DNA from: Paraspadella gotoi
Lineage: Eukaryota; Animalia; Chaetognatha
Length of the DNA stretch: 64,000 nucleotides
Assembly: GCA_051294375.1 (NCBI GenBank)
Contig: CM119263.1
Location: 2,488,182-2,552,181 of the forward strand
Reading direction: 5' to 3'
In this document: piece after piece, positions 1 through 13,347 of the stretch
Numbering within the stretch: position 1 is the first letter of the stretch
Layout of the letters: the number at the start of each line of letters is the position of its first letter
Made by a program: the position numbers and the translations under genes
Notes under the pieces: generated by a model
The model's input: the letters and a program-made list of their open reading frames with translations, nothing else
Database searches by the model: none
What the model was told of the DNA's origin: nothing

Positions 1-2166
1 TTCAGAAACTCACCTCTACTCACCTAACCTCGCCGCTGGCGTCCCCTGGTCGTCTCCAGCACTTCGTCGACTTCGGCAAAGATGGCGGAATTGGACGCGG
101 ACGAAATCACGACGGCCAAAGTGGAGGAGTTCATCCTCAAAGTGTCTCGACTTCTTCCTAAGGTTCTTGACCGAATGATTGATTGATTGATTGGGTCGAA
201 GTGACTGCTTAATGGATTACGAATTATTAATTTGATTGGTTGATAAATTTATTGTTTTGATTGCCAGCATCAACATAAATAGATAGTTGGATTGCTTTAT
301 GAAATTAATATATTTCTAGTAACCGACTGACTAATAGATTAAACAGTGGCTGCAATCGATTCGATTTATTGATTGATAGATCAGAGAGTTTTTATTGATT
401 TATTTTGACCGATTTACAATCGCTAATCGTTTATAATGATTCGATTTGATCGATGGAAAGATTTGAATGATTGATTGATTGGATCGATCCATCTCGATCG
501 CCATCTTTCCAGGTCGAACTCCACTGTCGCCTCGAAGGATGCGTCCGACCCAAGACCATCTGGGATTTGGCGCAGGAGAAACGAATTCCGCTTCCGAGAC
601 AAACGGAGGAAGAATTCATCGAGTTTTGCGGAGTCGCGAAAGCGAACTGAACTCTCCCCGCTCAGGATCTTTAACCAGGTTGCTCAAGAACATCTCGCTG
701 CAACGGTATGATGTGTCGAGGGGGTTGGAGGGAAGGGGGTGGTTCCGACGGCTGAATGGGGTGCCGTGGTGATGTAAGGGGAAGGTGCGATGGGTGAGCT
801 GTGCTGGAGTGAGGGGGGCAATGCAGGGCTGGAACTGTGACAGAGCTGCTAATAGTCAGAGTATATGAAACCGATCATTACGGTAGAAAGCTCCGCTAAA
901 TCAATATCAAGTTAGACATCCAATCGAACTATGTGAACGATATTCCGAAATCAGTAAATATCGAACTATATTCGTTATTCTGCGATGCTCCACCAAATTT
1001 AAAATAGAACAGAACCCAACAAAGTGTGACCAAGCCCAAACAAGTAAATAGAACCAATCAAAACGTGACTAAGCTCTCAATGAAGTAACTAGAACCGCAT
1101 CTTAAAATTCAGGTTCTCTCATCCGGTCAAGCTCTATGTCTTCGTCACCGTGTGTCGGTCGGCGAACGAGCGGCCGTGCAATCAGCGGACTGGCGGATGG
1201 AGAATCGCAGGGACAAGATAGCGCATCGATGGGCGTCAATCTATTGTAGAAGCTTGTTACCTCCGCCGGTGGATGAATGCGGGTGAGAGAACTGATAGCT
1301 ATGCCTAAATATCCATTGCTATCCGATCCTCGTTGAACTGCTTTCTCTCGGAAGACGAAGCCCATTGGTCGTGATGCGATAATATTTCACGATAATTAAT
1401 CCATCCAATTGTTGATCTATTAATCCATCCATTAACGTCACTTAAACAGGCCGGGCCTGATATGTTCTGATCGTAACTATCTAGCTATCCATTCGCTTAT
1501 GCTCTCTAAACAAGACTCGCGATGATCTAGTAAGTGCGCCAACAGGTTACATAGACTAACAGAGAGTGCCGGTTATAATAGTTGTTAATAGTTGAGTGCC
1601 TGACTTATCAATATGTGTTTTTTAAGTACAGACTGTTGAAAAAAAATTAGTATGATTTTATAGATTATCTATTATGTTTAATCGTCATGGAGCTAATATT
1701 CTTAGTATTTTCCGGATTTATCTTAATAGTTTAAACCGGATGAAGCTATTTTATATCTTCTGAATACAATGTAAATGTGCATATAATTTTTTAAGCAAAT
1801 TAATTTAATCTTTTTTAAAATCGGCAATTCTGGATTAGAGCTTTGAAGAAGTTACCGATCGAAGGTTGATTTAAATGACCAATTTTTAGAAATTTTTATA
1901 TGATTTATTTATAAAAATTGAACAAAAACTTAATAATTTATGGAATGATGTGATGTAACTTGATGATAAGTGATAGACTGGTTTTAATGGTTTTTTCAAA
2001 GTTTTAGTCGCCATTTATAATTAATAAATTTTTGAAATTTGTTAGTTCTAGACCTGGTGAGGTATCTTTCTCATAAGAATTTAAATTTTCTTAAAAATGT
2101 TTTCTTATAACATATCTTGAATAAGTGCTTTAGATATTTAAAATGCTTCCCATGCATGAAAATAAG
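1..2166 (+). pseudogene. Duplicate of ADA-like exons 1-3 and adjacent introns (probably an assembly artefact)
   Basis: Colinear with about 13191-15113. It is clean up to about 640, then full of 1-nt insertions that destroy exon 3, and it ends at an N-gap. Confidence 0.75.
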
Positions 2167-2934
2167 NNNNNNNNNNNNNNNNNNNNNNNNNCAAATCAAT
2201 AGAACCAATCGAACTGTGACGAATTCCCAAATCAAGTAAATAGAACTAATCGTTATTTGGGATGCTCCCAAATTAAAAGCCTATATACCTGTACAGGACT
2301 CAAGGTGAAATGATGGGTAGATATGAGTGAGTAAGACTGAGGGGACGCAGATGAGAGGAGAAAAGGATGTAGAAGATTGAGAAACAGTATGGGGAGAAGA
2401 TGGAAGAAAAGAAGGTGGAGAAGAGATGGGGAGGTATGGGCGTAGGTGCTGAAGGGAGGAGACGAATGGGGTAGAAATTATATGATAATAGAGGGAAGGA
2501 AATGGTAATAGATGGGAGGAAGATAGAAAAACAAGAGAATGGAGAGAAGGATAGGGGAGATCGAGAAGGGGTAGAGGGAATGGGGGAGGAGATGGGAGAG
2601 GAGAAATTAAAAGAGATTCCTTGGGATTATAACGGCGGGTGCGCGGCTTAACAATTTAATACTCTGTGGGGATATCTATATAATTGGACACTGCTATTTT
2701 TATTACATCTCTCACCTCTCGATCAAAATCTCTCACTCTCTCTCTTCTCTCTCTCATTTCTCTCTCTCTCTCTTCTTTCTCTACTCTCTCTCTTTCTTTT
2801 CTCTCTCTCTCTGTCATCTCTACATCTAACTCTCTCCTCAATCATACGCATATCATCTCTCGGGTGCAATAATCTCATCCTACTATACGAAAGGGAGTAT
2901 AAATTCGGTGTAATTAGTGGCGATTTCAAAACAG

Positions 2935-3768
2935 ACGACGAAGAAATTCCGGGTGACACGAAAACCCACGGCAGAAGTTCGACAGATCCAACAGGGACTT
3001 TTTATAACCAGAGAGTGATTTCGAGGGCAGAGAAAGAGGATGAGATGAAGAGGAAGGAGGAAGGAGGGAGGAAGGAGGCGAACCTCCCCTCGGAAATTCT
3101 TCAGCGCGATTTTCCTTATCAAAGTCATTCGCACAATCGACCGCCAATATCGGGAACGAACACAAAAATGGAAAAAAGGAAAAAAGAATAAAGAAAACGG
3201 AGATTAATTCGATAGTGAGAAGAAAAGGGGGGAGGGTGGGGGGGAGACAGGGGGGGAAAGGGGAGAGAGGGAGGAGACGGAGGATAGAAGGAGATGGGGA
3301 GAGAGGAAAGGGTAGGAGAAGGAGTAGAGGACAGAAGAGGGAGGGAGTCGGAGAATTAGGAATATGAAAAGGAGTTTTTAAAGCGGGGAGAAGGGAGGCA
3401 GGGAGTAAGAAAAGAGAGAATAGACAGAAGGAGGAAGAGAAAAGAGAGCAAGAAATATAACTAAAGTAGACAAAGAAAGAAAAAACAAATTTCAATTTTC
3501 AATTTCAGTAATTTATTATTTCGCGTTAAAACTATTTTTTTTTAGCAAGATCCAAGAAAGATATTTCTTTGGACGAAAAACTCTGAAAATTTAATCCGAT
3601 GCGAAACATTATGGAAAAAAAACAAAATACGAGACTGAACATCTCTTAGTCAAGAGTTCGACCGATACAACGAGGATAGTCGGTCAGTGGGAGAGAGAGA
3701 GAGAGGAGAAGAGAAAGAAGAGAGAAAGAGAAGAGCAGAGGAGAAGAGAGAGAGAGAAAGGAAAGAGA

Positions 3769-3801
<33 letters not shown>

Positions 3802-6800
3802 TAGAAGAATATTAAGTCTCACCCTTTCTTTCATCGATCAATTCCCCCGCCCCTTCAAGAGGCTACTAACGGGATCCACTCTGGTCCACCCAGACGTGGA
3901 ACCCGATTACCGCCGCGCGCCGACGAGGGCAGTGGTCAGAATGACCTGCGAGTCGTCGGGCCGCGAGAATTCCGCACCGTCGGAGCACGGAGATGGCCTT
4001 AAAAAGAGCGCGGCCGAGAGGCAGAGGGGGAGGGGGAAAGCGGGCGGAAAGGGGAGCGGGCAAGAAGCGGAAGATATGTAGAGGGTGGATAGCGAGAAAA
4101 TGTCGAGTCGTGGACGGTGGGAAGAAAAAGGGGGTGAAGTACAACTGAGTCATTTATTGATATTGATTTATTGGATTGATTTATGGATTAGAATTGATGG
4201 CATTACATTTGATTGATTGATTATGATTTTCTAGATTGGAAATTGAGAGTTTGAAATTTGCTTAGATTGATGTATGTGATTTATGCCATTATTGATTGAT
4301 TGTTTTAGATTAATTTGATTGATTGATTGTAAAATGTGAATTTGTGATTGATTGAGTTGATTGATATTTCCTAGATTGAATTGATTGGATTAAGACTTTA
4401 ATTATTTATTGAGTATGATTGATAACGAATCGATCGATGCACACAACCCCAAACTCTCCAGTTTCCCTAATCCGTGTTCGAGAACAACCAAGATGAGCGA
4501 AGCCTAGATTCGTTAACTGACGGACACCGAGAGGAGCGCCCGCCATATTCACTGCCAAGGATCAGGTTGGGCTTGAGCTCTGCGCGGCGCCACGGCAACG
4601 GGCGCGGAAGACGCCACCATTATGCCGTTCTATAGCTAGGAAAACTCAATCGCTAAATTCAGAAGAAAGGTGGAAAGGGGGGCGGAGGAGATGGGGAAAA
4701 ATGGGAAAAGGGATGTGTGGGGAAGAGAAAGGGGAGAAAGAAGAAGGGGAAAAGCTCCAACAAAGAAGGAGGACTAAAGGCATGGATGGGGAGAGGACGA
4801 AGAGGGAAATAGTGAAATGGAGGAGGGAGAGAATAGAGAATAAGGGGGAAGAGGGAAAGATTAGGGAGGGAGGGAAGTAAAGGGAAAAGCAGGGAGGGGG
4901 GAAACTGTGAACGGGAGGAAGGGGAACAATATTAACTAAAGTGATGGGGATAGGAAGGATGGAAGGATAGAGACGAAAGGAGAGGAGGGGAGGGAAAAGG
5001 ATGTGGATGGGGAAGAGGAAGGGAAAGGGGTAGGTGATGATTACCCAAGATGGCAAGAAGAAGATGGGAGAGAAGAAGAGAGAAGAGAGTAAAGAAGAGA
5101 AGTAGGTTGACTCCCATAATCATCCTAAAAATGCCCTTAACTACCTAAGAATTTACTTTATGTCCCTAACATCAGACGACGAAAACGACAAGTCTGACTA
5201 ACAATTGAATGGCAATTACGAATTTACGTGAAAGTTATTGAAGATAGGCAGTCGTACACCTTATCGTCGTCGGTCGCTATCGATCGTCGTCGGTCGTCTT
5301 CGTCATCACACTACATGGGCAGCAAAATCCGCCTGACTCTCAACCAGCATGCATGTAGATATCAAGCCACGGAACCGAGAGGCAACAATATGGCCGCGAC
5401 GCAGGTGATTATAATGGAAGAACTGCGATGATAGTAACATAGAATGAACGAAATGAATAAAGTGAATGAAATAAATAAGAAGAGGAAAGACCAAAAGAGA
5501 AATTCCTGCCTAGAATGTAGAAACACAGCGACAAAAATGAATGAGGAGTGAATAAAAATGAATGAATGAATAGAATGAATAGAATGAATGAATGAAAATG
5601 AAATGAATTGATGAAATGAAAGCAATGAATGTAAATGAATTGAATGAATGAATGAATGATGAATGAATGAAAATAGAATAGAATGAATGAAAATTAAATG
5701 AAATAAAATATAACTAAATCAGCCCCATCAACCAACCATCAAGCCTCCATCAACCCCACTTAAAGCGATCTCCAGGCAGATCGCAAGACAAATCGAGGAA
5801 ACAGATGCTCCTCAAACATTCAGTGGAGAAGGGCGGCCGCCGGCGGATAGAAAAGCGGCCCAAAACGGCACGCGCACTCGCGTGCGAAATGGAGCGAAGA
5901 GTAAATTGGAGAAGGCCAACACCTCGCAATGAAGGACGAATGCCAGTTGGGGGCGCATGCCGGAAGAGCGAGAAGGGCGGAGCGAATGGGCGGGGCGTTG
6001 AAATTGGGCGAAGAATTTGTAACGAACACTGTGATGGAATTAAAGTGATCGAAGATCGAGAACGAATTAACAAGAAGAAAAATTGAAAGCGAAACAGGTT
6101 AATAGTTTTATATTTATTAATATTTAACATTTAATACGATTTTAATCTTTATGTTTTAAAATGCTTTCACTCCTTCCGAATAAGGAGTGCACTCGCAATG
6201 CGGAAGTTTGCTCTCAATCCCCGCGACTGGAAGCTGCACCCCTGTTTTCCGAAGGGATAAAAACTAAGATCACGGAAGACTTTCGCTCAACAGAATCGAG
6301 TCCAACGCATCGCAGGTAAAGAGAAATGCAGATATGGTTTAAGCAGATGATATGATAAAGAGTGGATGCTTTTATATAACGTTTAACAGATGAAATGAGG
6401 ATGGTGAATCAATTTACAAGCTAAAAAGGGTTTTTTTTATTATATTTTAAATGATCAATTAATTGTTTACATTTATTATTTCCACATTTACTAAAAATCC
6501 TAATCACTTTCACAACATGACCAAACCGCTTTGCTATTCCCATAAGCCATCTGTCCATGAACCATCCAGCTCATGAAGCCATCAATCTCAGTCCCCGTAC
6601 CACCAGAACAATTGGTCCCCTTCCCGCGTACGAACCCCTTACTCTGACGAGGGACTCGAGCCTACTCATCCCAAAACGTCGATCAAGAAGCCTCCAGTTT
6701 TGGAGATTCCGCACCTCCGCCCTCACAAGGTGGAAGTTAAATTACAATTGAAGAAGTAGATTATATAGATTAAATTAACCGAAGGACTGGTTGTTTTATT

Positions 6801-8903
6801 TAATTTACTTTAGTTTTCACTTTATTTTATTTACTTTTTTTGTTTAATTTTTAATACTATTCATTTATTGTTCAAAATGTACTTTATCCAGCTTTCCTTT
6901 GTTCACTTTAACTACTCTCCTCTCTAATATTCAGAACGTTCGACACGAACGAGTCACGCGCGCACGCCGCCTCAAGAGAACTCTTATCCCGCCAAAACAT
7001 TCACCACCCTGCCGGTTTCATTATAACTCAGACACACAAAAATTAATTTAAATTTTAAAATGATCAAAACAAAAGGGAATCGATAATCCGGGTTATTCGG
7101 TCAGTACGAGGAAAACTTGAGTACGCAATGTAAAATTTAAAAATCAAGATTAATTATCCGTCAGCTCTATTTGTAAACATTGTATTTTCGGTTAGTCCAC
7201 TCTCAAGTTCTCACGCAAGCTCAATGATTGCTTCAGCCGCATCTCTGCTTCATCGTCTTCGGCCATCTGTTCGTCTACTACACCTTCGCTTAGACAACCA
7301 GCCCGCACACTCCTCAATTTAATGCAATTTTAACGAAAATAAACCAAAACCCAAATAATTGATCAGAGATTAAGGGAAATTAGGAAGACAGTATCACTTA
7401 CTTGAGATTAAGTTGGAAAGGTATATAAAGTATCAAAGAACCCCTATTTTACACGGGGAATGTATGAGGAGTGGTTAACTGAGATGGGAATTTCGCTTCA
7501 AACTCAACAGACTGAAAAGTCAAATTAGTTCTTTGTGGTCTAATCGGGTCACGTTTACGTTGCACGATTTCGCTTTTTGCTTTGCACACATCAGAAGAGA
7601 TTATTTTCAACTTTTAGCCTGAGTGTTTGTAGTATTGACAATTGCGTTGCGTGTGATAGGATTTTTAGGGTTAATTTCTTATTGATATAGATATTCTGTT
7701 ATTCATTCACACTTTGCAACGTGCCAGTTTCAAAATTTAATTATATGGAAGAATGCTAAAATCAAAATTTTAAAAAAAATATATAAAAAATATTTACTAT
7801 TAACTAAATTAAATATAATTCATTTAAAGAATGAATTATGATTTCAGTGATTCCGATCGATGGATGAACGAAATGGAGGTAGTGGAAATGTGAGCAGGGA
7901 AGAGGAACGAGGAAGATGAAGTGGTAGGGAGGATGGAGGGAAGAGGATGAAGAAAGGAAAATGGAACGTCCAGAGATATGATAACCCGGAAATTGGGCTG
8001 CTCCACCCGCCTTCGAGACACACGTTGTCAGTCCCCTCAGTGATTCGCTATAACTAGTTAAAATGCACTTACACTGACTTAAGACTACATTAACACATTT
8101 ATATACAAATAAAAATCATAGATAATAATGTATCTGTTATAATTATATGGTTAATGACAAATACTCAAAAATGAATTTCTCAGCATCACAGTTTAGGACG
8201 CAACCACCCTTCCCCCTTCTATGTTACGCCAGGCTAAGCGCACTCTGGACCTCCACCCGTCCAACCCAAAACCCAAAAAACTGCCCAACGTGAGAACGCG
8301 CTTAACAGAAACCCCAGACGGAACACCCTTTAGACAGCAACCCTATACAAATACAGTCAAAGATCTTGCCCACTTCGTCAAGGCCAAGTTGCAAGAGGGC
8401 TGCTGCTTACTTGAGACCAGGTACAGTTAAATCGAACTAAGAGGCAAGCTAGCAAGTCAGTGAAATAAACTAAAGAGAAGAATTGGCACACAACTAAAGA
8501 GGGCTAAAGTTTTTGATAGGAAACAATTTAAAGCATATAAAGGAAAAGGATTAGTAATCATGAAAGTCTTATAGCATCTGAATCCTCTAAATGATTTAGT
8601 ACGGTGCTCACAGTTCTTAGCATAAAAGGTATTTCGCATTTAAATTAACTTATTATTATTATATATTATATAATGAAACTGCAACAAAATTTCTTTCGCA
8701 ACCAAGGAATGAACTCTCTTCCTTCCGCCGAGGACAACTCGCTCCATGGGAGCGGCGACATCGGGAGAGGGAGAGATTCCGCTGACCTTGCGCGGCGCTT
8801 GCTGATGGCGAGGAGATTGTCAGTGCGGTAGAGTCGTCATGGACTGTGAGGGCGAGGGACAGGCATTTGACCCGTTGTTTTGGCTGGTGAGGGATGATAA
8901 CCA
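2935..8903 (+). other. Unidentified multi-exon gene in error-rich sequence
   Basis: GC-rich islands are bounded by AG/GT-like sites at about 2935-3150, 3547-3681, 3860-4020, 4462-4640, 5176-5404, 5777-6095, 6150-6315, 8184-8420 and 8700-8903, separated by microsatellite or AT-rich introns. Frames are broken by indels and no family is recognisable. Confidence 0.35.
5440..5705 (+). repeat. (TGAA)n-rich microsatellite
   Basis: Repeated atgaatgaatga/atagaatg. Confidence 0.8.
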
Positions 8904-11289
8904 GGTTAGACCCCAGTAGAGTTAACTGCTAGAGTCAGCTTAGCTGTTGATAAAGAAAAGATTAGGATGGCCAGGTTAGACCACAGTAGAGTCAGCTAGT
9001 GTGCTATGAGTCTTATGTGGTTTTGGAGTTCCAATCTCTTCTCAATGTAATGAAACTAATAAACTCATTGAATAAAGGGATAGGAGAGAGTAAAAAAAAA
9101 AAGAAAATAATAAAAATAAATTATAAATTAAATAAAAAAAAATAAAATACTTATGTTAGTGAAATTAAATAAATAAATATTATACGATGGAGTTAAATTC
9201 TAAAAGTGATATGTCTCTAATGACAAAAATTTTCTTCAAGTTTTATTTTGAAAATTAAGTATTGTACCAATAGAAATAAGTAGAGATAAAACTCCGCTTT
9301 GGCCATTATATTTAACAAAGATTTGTACTAGGTATATTTAAAAAAAAAAGTTATTCTTTAATAACTTTGAAAAGAACAGAGTAAGAAGGGTGGTGTTGGT
9401 ATCAAAAATTAAAAGCCTAATCATAGGGACAACGCTTTCTAAAAAGTTTATTAAAATTAAATCCATATCTTTCACAGCTTTTGTTTAAATCAGAGTTAAA
9501 GTATAACAGTTTTTGACTTTAAAAATTTCAATAGGCATATAAAAATTTTTTTTTTTCTTTTGATTTGAAAAGGAGAACTGAATTAACATTTGTTTATTAT
9601 TAATTTATTTTTATTCCATAAAATTGCACTTATATTTTCAGTTAAAGTAAAAAACAAGCAAATTTATGTTGTGACTATAATAAAGATGCATTTTTAATAT
9701 ATGATAAATACAATGTTTCAGCTTGATAATAACAGTACGGACATCTACCTTTCTGATCTGTGAAAAAAAAATAGGTCATTTTTTCATTATCTATATACTA
9801 GCAAACAAGCTTGACACAACTGCTTTGTTACATGAATAAAGTTGTAAAAAAATTAATATACTGGTAACAATTTGACAAAGCCAAAACATCATTGTATTAA
9901 ATTGTATTGATAACTATTTATTATTAAATATAAGCAAGAATCTTAAATCTTATTATTTATCATCCATTTTAATTAAGATAAAAATATTTCTCGTAAAGCC
10001 CATTGGAAAGGTTCATCGAGCTGAACTTAATGATAAAAATTATTTATATTTCTACTGCCCTATTTTCAAGATAATAAAGGTCAGGTTATCATGTAAAAGT
10101 TCATGTTATCATGATCCTCTGCATACCCTGCATCTATTTATCTTTTTTCCCTTTATCATGTATTATAAAAATTATTTGAGAGAACAACGAGTGAGGAGGA
10201 ATGCCATTGGTAAGCCTTAGTTACCATCCACTACTCCGACGAATTATTAATTGCCGTTATTTTTATCACTAATGAAGACATAAACATCTAACTATGTACT
10301 ATTATTTTTTTCTTTTAGAGTTCTATGAATAAATATGAAATAAGTAACTTTTTAAAAAAAATTTATATCATCTTTCACCATATATTCAGTCATATCCTAA
10401 AAAACAAAAAAAAAGATATTTGCATGATATTTAGATAATCAACATATGAAATTATAAACATTTCAAAAAATAAAAAGAAATATACATATATATTGAAAAC
10501 ATGATTTTTTTTATGCAGCAGAAAGTAACGTACGAAGCCATTTAATTCATTGTGTCAATAAACACAATCTCCTAAACCTAACCTCAAATATCAATCTTTA
10601 ACTAAAAAATTAAATTAACATAATTCACGAATTTAATAATAAAATGGGGCGTTCTGGGAAAATAAAGGCCGCCGTTGAAATTAAATGATATACATAATTT
10701 TTGTTAACAATTGCAATTGCGGGAAAAACAAATTGAACTAAATCCTCGCCAAAACCCGATTCCATGACATCGTCAATTCAACAGTGGCTTCGCATTTCTG
10801 TGTCGATCGAGTGACCACAATATAATCAAATTAGATGTCATTTAATGATCGTTTATAAATATTCGAGATCTCCAGTCGTCGAGTTAATATTGAAAAGGTA
10901 TTCCTGAGTTTTAAAACAAGAAAAAGAAAACGTTCCTCCTTTTTAAGAAGGAAAAACAAAGGAATTCGATTCCTGTATATTATTTATACCATTTTTAGCA
11001 ATTGGAAATGATACATGATACAACACTTCGAACAGTTTTTTTTTTTACCCAGAGAAAATCGTGCGTTTGTAACTGCCTCTTGTTTTTAAAGTTTGATGTT
11101 GGATTTTGCTTACTATGTCATTTACTTGTCGACGCCTTCCTTTAAACTCAAGTGTGTGATCTTGCCAAACTTTTGGTTTAGTTGCGACTTGCCTTAAACT
11201 CGTGTGAGAGACTCGCCGAAAGTGCATCGAAGGGCCCGGCGTGCGAACGAGGTGATGCGCGGTGGTTGAAGTCCCCGTCAGCCAGGAGA

Positions 11290-11304
11290 AAAGAGAGAGA
11301 TGAG

Positions 11305-11392
<88 letters not shown>

Positions 11393-11662
11393 GAGAGAGA
11401 AGAGAGATGAGAGAGAGAGAGAGAGAGAGAAGGACAGAGGAGAGAGACAGAGAGAGAAAAATAGAGAGAGTGAGAGAGTGTGGAGAGAGAGAGAGAGAGA
11501 GAGAGAGAAGAGAGAAGGAAAGAAGAAAAGAGAAGGAGAAGAAAAAGAGAGAGAAGGTAGAGAGAGAGAGGAGGAGGAGGAAAGGAGACGAGAGAGAGAG
11601 AGAAATGAGAGAGGAGAGAGTGGAGAGAGAGAGAGACGAGAGAAGAGAGAGAGATGAGGGAG

Positions 11663-11706
<44 letters not shown>
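11290..11706 (+). repeat. Long imperfect (GA)n microsatellite
   Basis: About 400 nt of gagaga with interruptions. Confidence 0.95.
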
Positions 11707-11710
<4 letters not shown>

Positions 11711-12769
11711 ATTCGTTGGTTTTCGACCCCGTAACAAAAAAATAGAAGATACACCGTTACTTCATAACCACTGGCGGTCGTTGTCGTCGGTTTATCGAAT
11801 GCGTCGTCGTCGTTCATCGTCGTCACAAGCCGGATCGAAGATCGAAAGCGGCGGCAGGGGCGTGGAAGGGGGTAGGGGAGATGGAGGGGGGTCAACGCAT
11901 AGCGGGGAAAGGTGGGGGTGAGGCTTCGTAGAGGGGGGAAGCGGGGGGACAGAAAGTGGTTGTTGTTCGTCCACCATCGTCGTTTTTTTTTTTTCGTTCG
12001 ACTGTCGATGCAGTGAAGTTTTTTGGGTGAACAAAACGACGAACGGTGATTCGGGAGGTGAAAAGTGAACAACGAAATACACAGTGGGAAAAAAAATATC
12101 AACTAAAATATATTATTTATTTATTTTTTTTATCGTTGAATCAATGACATAAAAACATGGAATTCTTCATTTTTCGTCGTCCGATTTTTTTTGGCAACGA
12201 TAAAATTTTCTCTTCAGCTTAAAATATCTTAATATTTGAGAAGTATTTATAGTGAATTTACTATTTATCTTTTTAAATATATATTTATAAGTAAAATAAA
12301 AATATTGTGTTTTTGCTAATAATTATTTAATAATTGCGATAATTGGATGTGATAGACTTGACATCTACATAAATAAGATAATAAATTTAGAGCGACTGTC
12401 AAGATGGAAGAATTTAAAACTATATATTTAGGACATTTTTGTTTACAGATTGTTTATTATTAATATGTCATCTGACATAAAATATTTTAGAGAAATTAGA
12501 AAAGAATGAAATTATTTAATAAAAAATATAAATAAATTAAAAAAATTATACTATTATTATTATTAGTAGTAGTAATTATATTCTTATCATTTTTTTTAAA
12601 ATCATTATTATTATTATATTATTGTTATATTATTTTTTATTATTATCATTTTATTTACTATTATTATTTTTTTAAATTATTTTTTTATAAATAAAGCTAT
12701 TTCTACACAAGGATTACGAACATCTCGATCCGAAATCTCAATTCCTTCAAACAGATAAAATCGATGGGC

Positions 12770-12965
12770 GTCGACTCTGGACTCGAAGCGACGGGCGTCC
12801 AAACCGGTCGCCCGTCATCCGGCGCGCGTACCGCGGTAGCCTCTCTCGACTCCGCCGCATAGCGCGGGCGCCCGGCGAACGTGACGGGCTGCGCGGCGCG
12901 GTGACCCACGAAGTCGACCCGAAACGAAAAACAAAAAAAAACAAAAAAATCATCGACGTCAGAGA
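12770..12965. promoter_or_regulatory. CpG-rich island upstream of the ADA-AK gene (putative promoter / first 5'UTR exon)
   Basis: Dense CG/GCGC stretch inside very AT-rich DNA, about 300 nt upstream of the ATG. There is an acceptor-like ttcag at 13191-13195. Confidence 0.4.
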
Positions 12966-13268
12966 CGAGAATTAACATTCAATTCATACAAACGCGAGAT
13001 TTGAATTGGATTTTGTATTGAGGTTATTATTAATGAATTAAGCAGTCATTCAATCAAACAGTCAGTCAGTCAATCACTTAATTCATCCTTCGATCAATCA
13101 ATCCATCCATCCGTCAATAATTGATTCAATAAATAGAAAGTAAACATGTATTTTTAAAAAAAGGTCATTATTTTTATGATTGTTTTCAACTTCAGAAATC
13201 ACCTCTACTCACCTAACCTCGCCGCTGGCGTCCCCGGTCGTCTCCAGCAGTCGTCGACTTCGGCAAAG

Positions 13269-13347
13269 ATGGCGGAATTGGACGCGGACGAAATCACGAC
13301 GGCCAAAGTGGAGGAGTTCATCCTAAGTGTCTCGACTTCTTCCTAAG
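13269..13347 (+). CDS. ADA-like domain exon 1 (MAELDADEITTAKVEEFILKVSRLLPK)
   Basis: ATG at 13269 and donor CCTAAG|GT at 13348. It ends in 'LPK', which typically precedes VELH in ADA-family proteins. The clean 81-nt version is at 82-162; this copy lacks 2 nt. Confidence 0.7.

Noticed and set aside
2656-5123. Leu/Ser/Pro/Phe-rich - strand ORFs (for example 2926-3495 and 4646-5056)
   Set aside because: Antisense readings of purine-rich low-complexity introns.
11045-12102. ORFs of 187-274 aa (SLSL/ERER-rich)
   Set aside because: Translations of the (GA)n microsatellite, with no real protein features.
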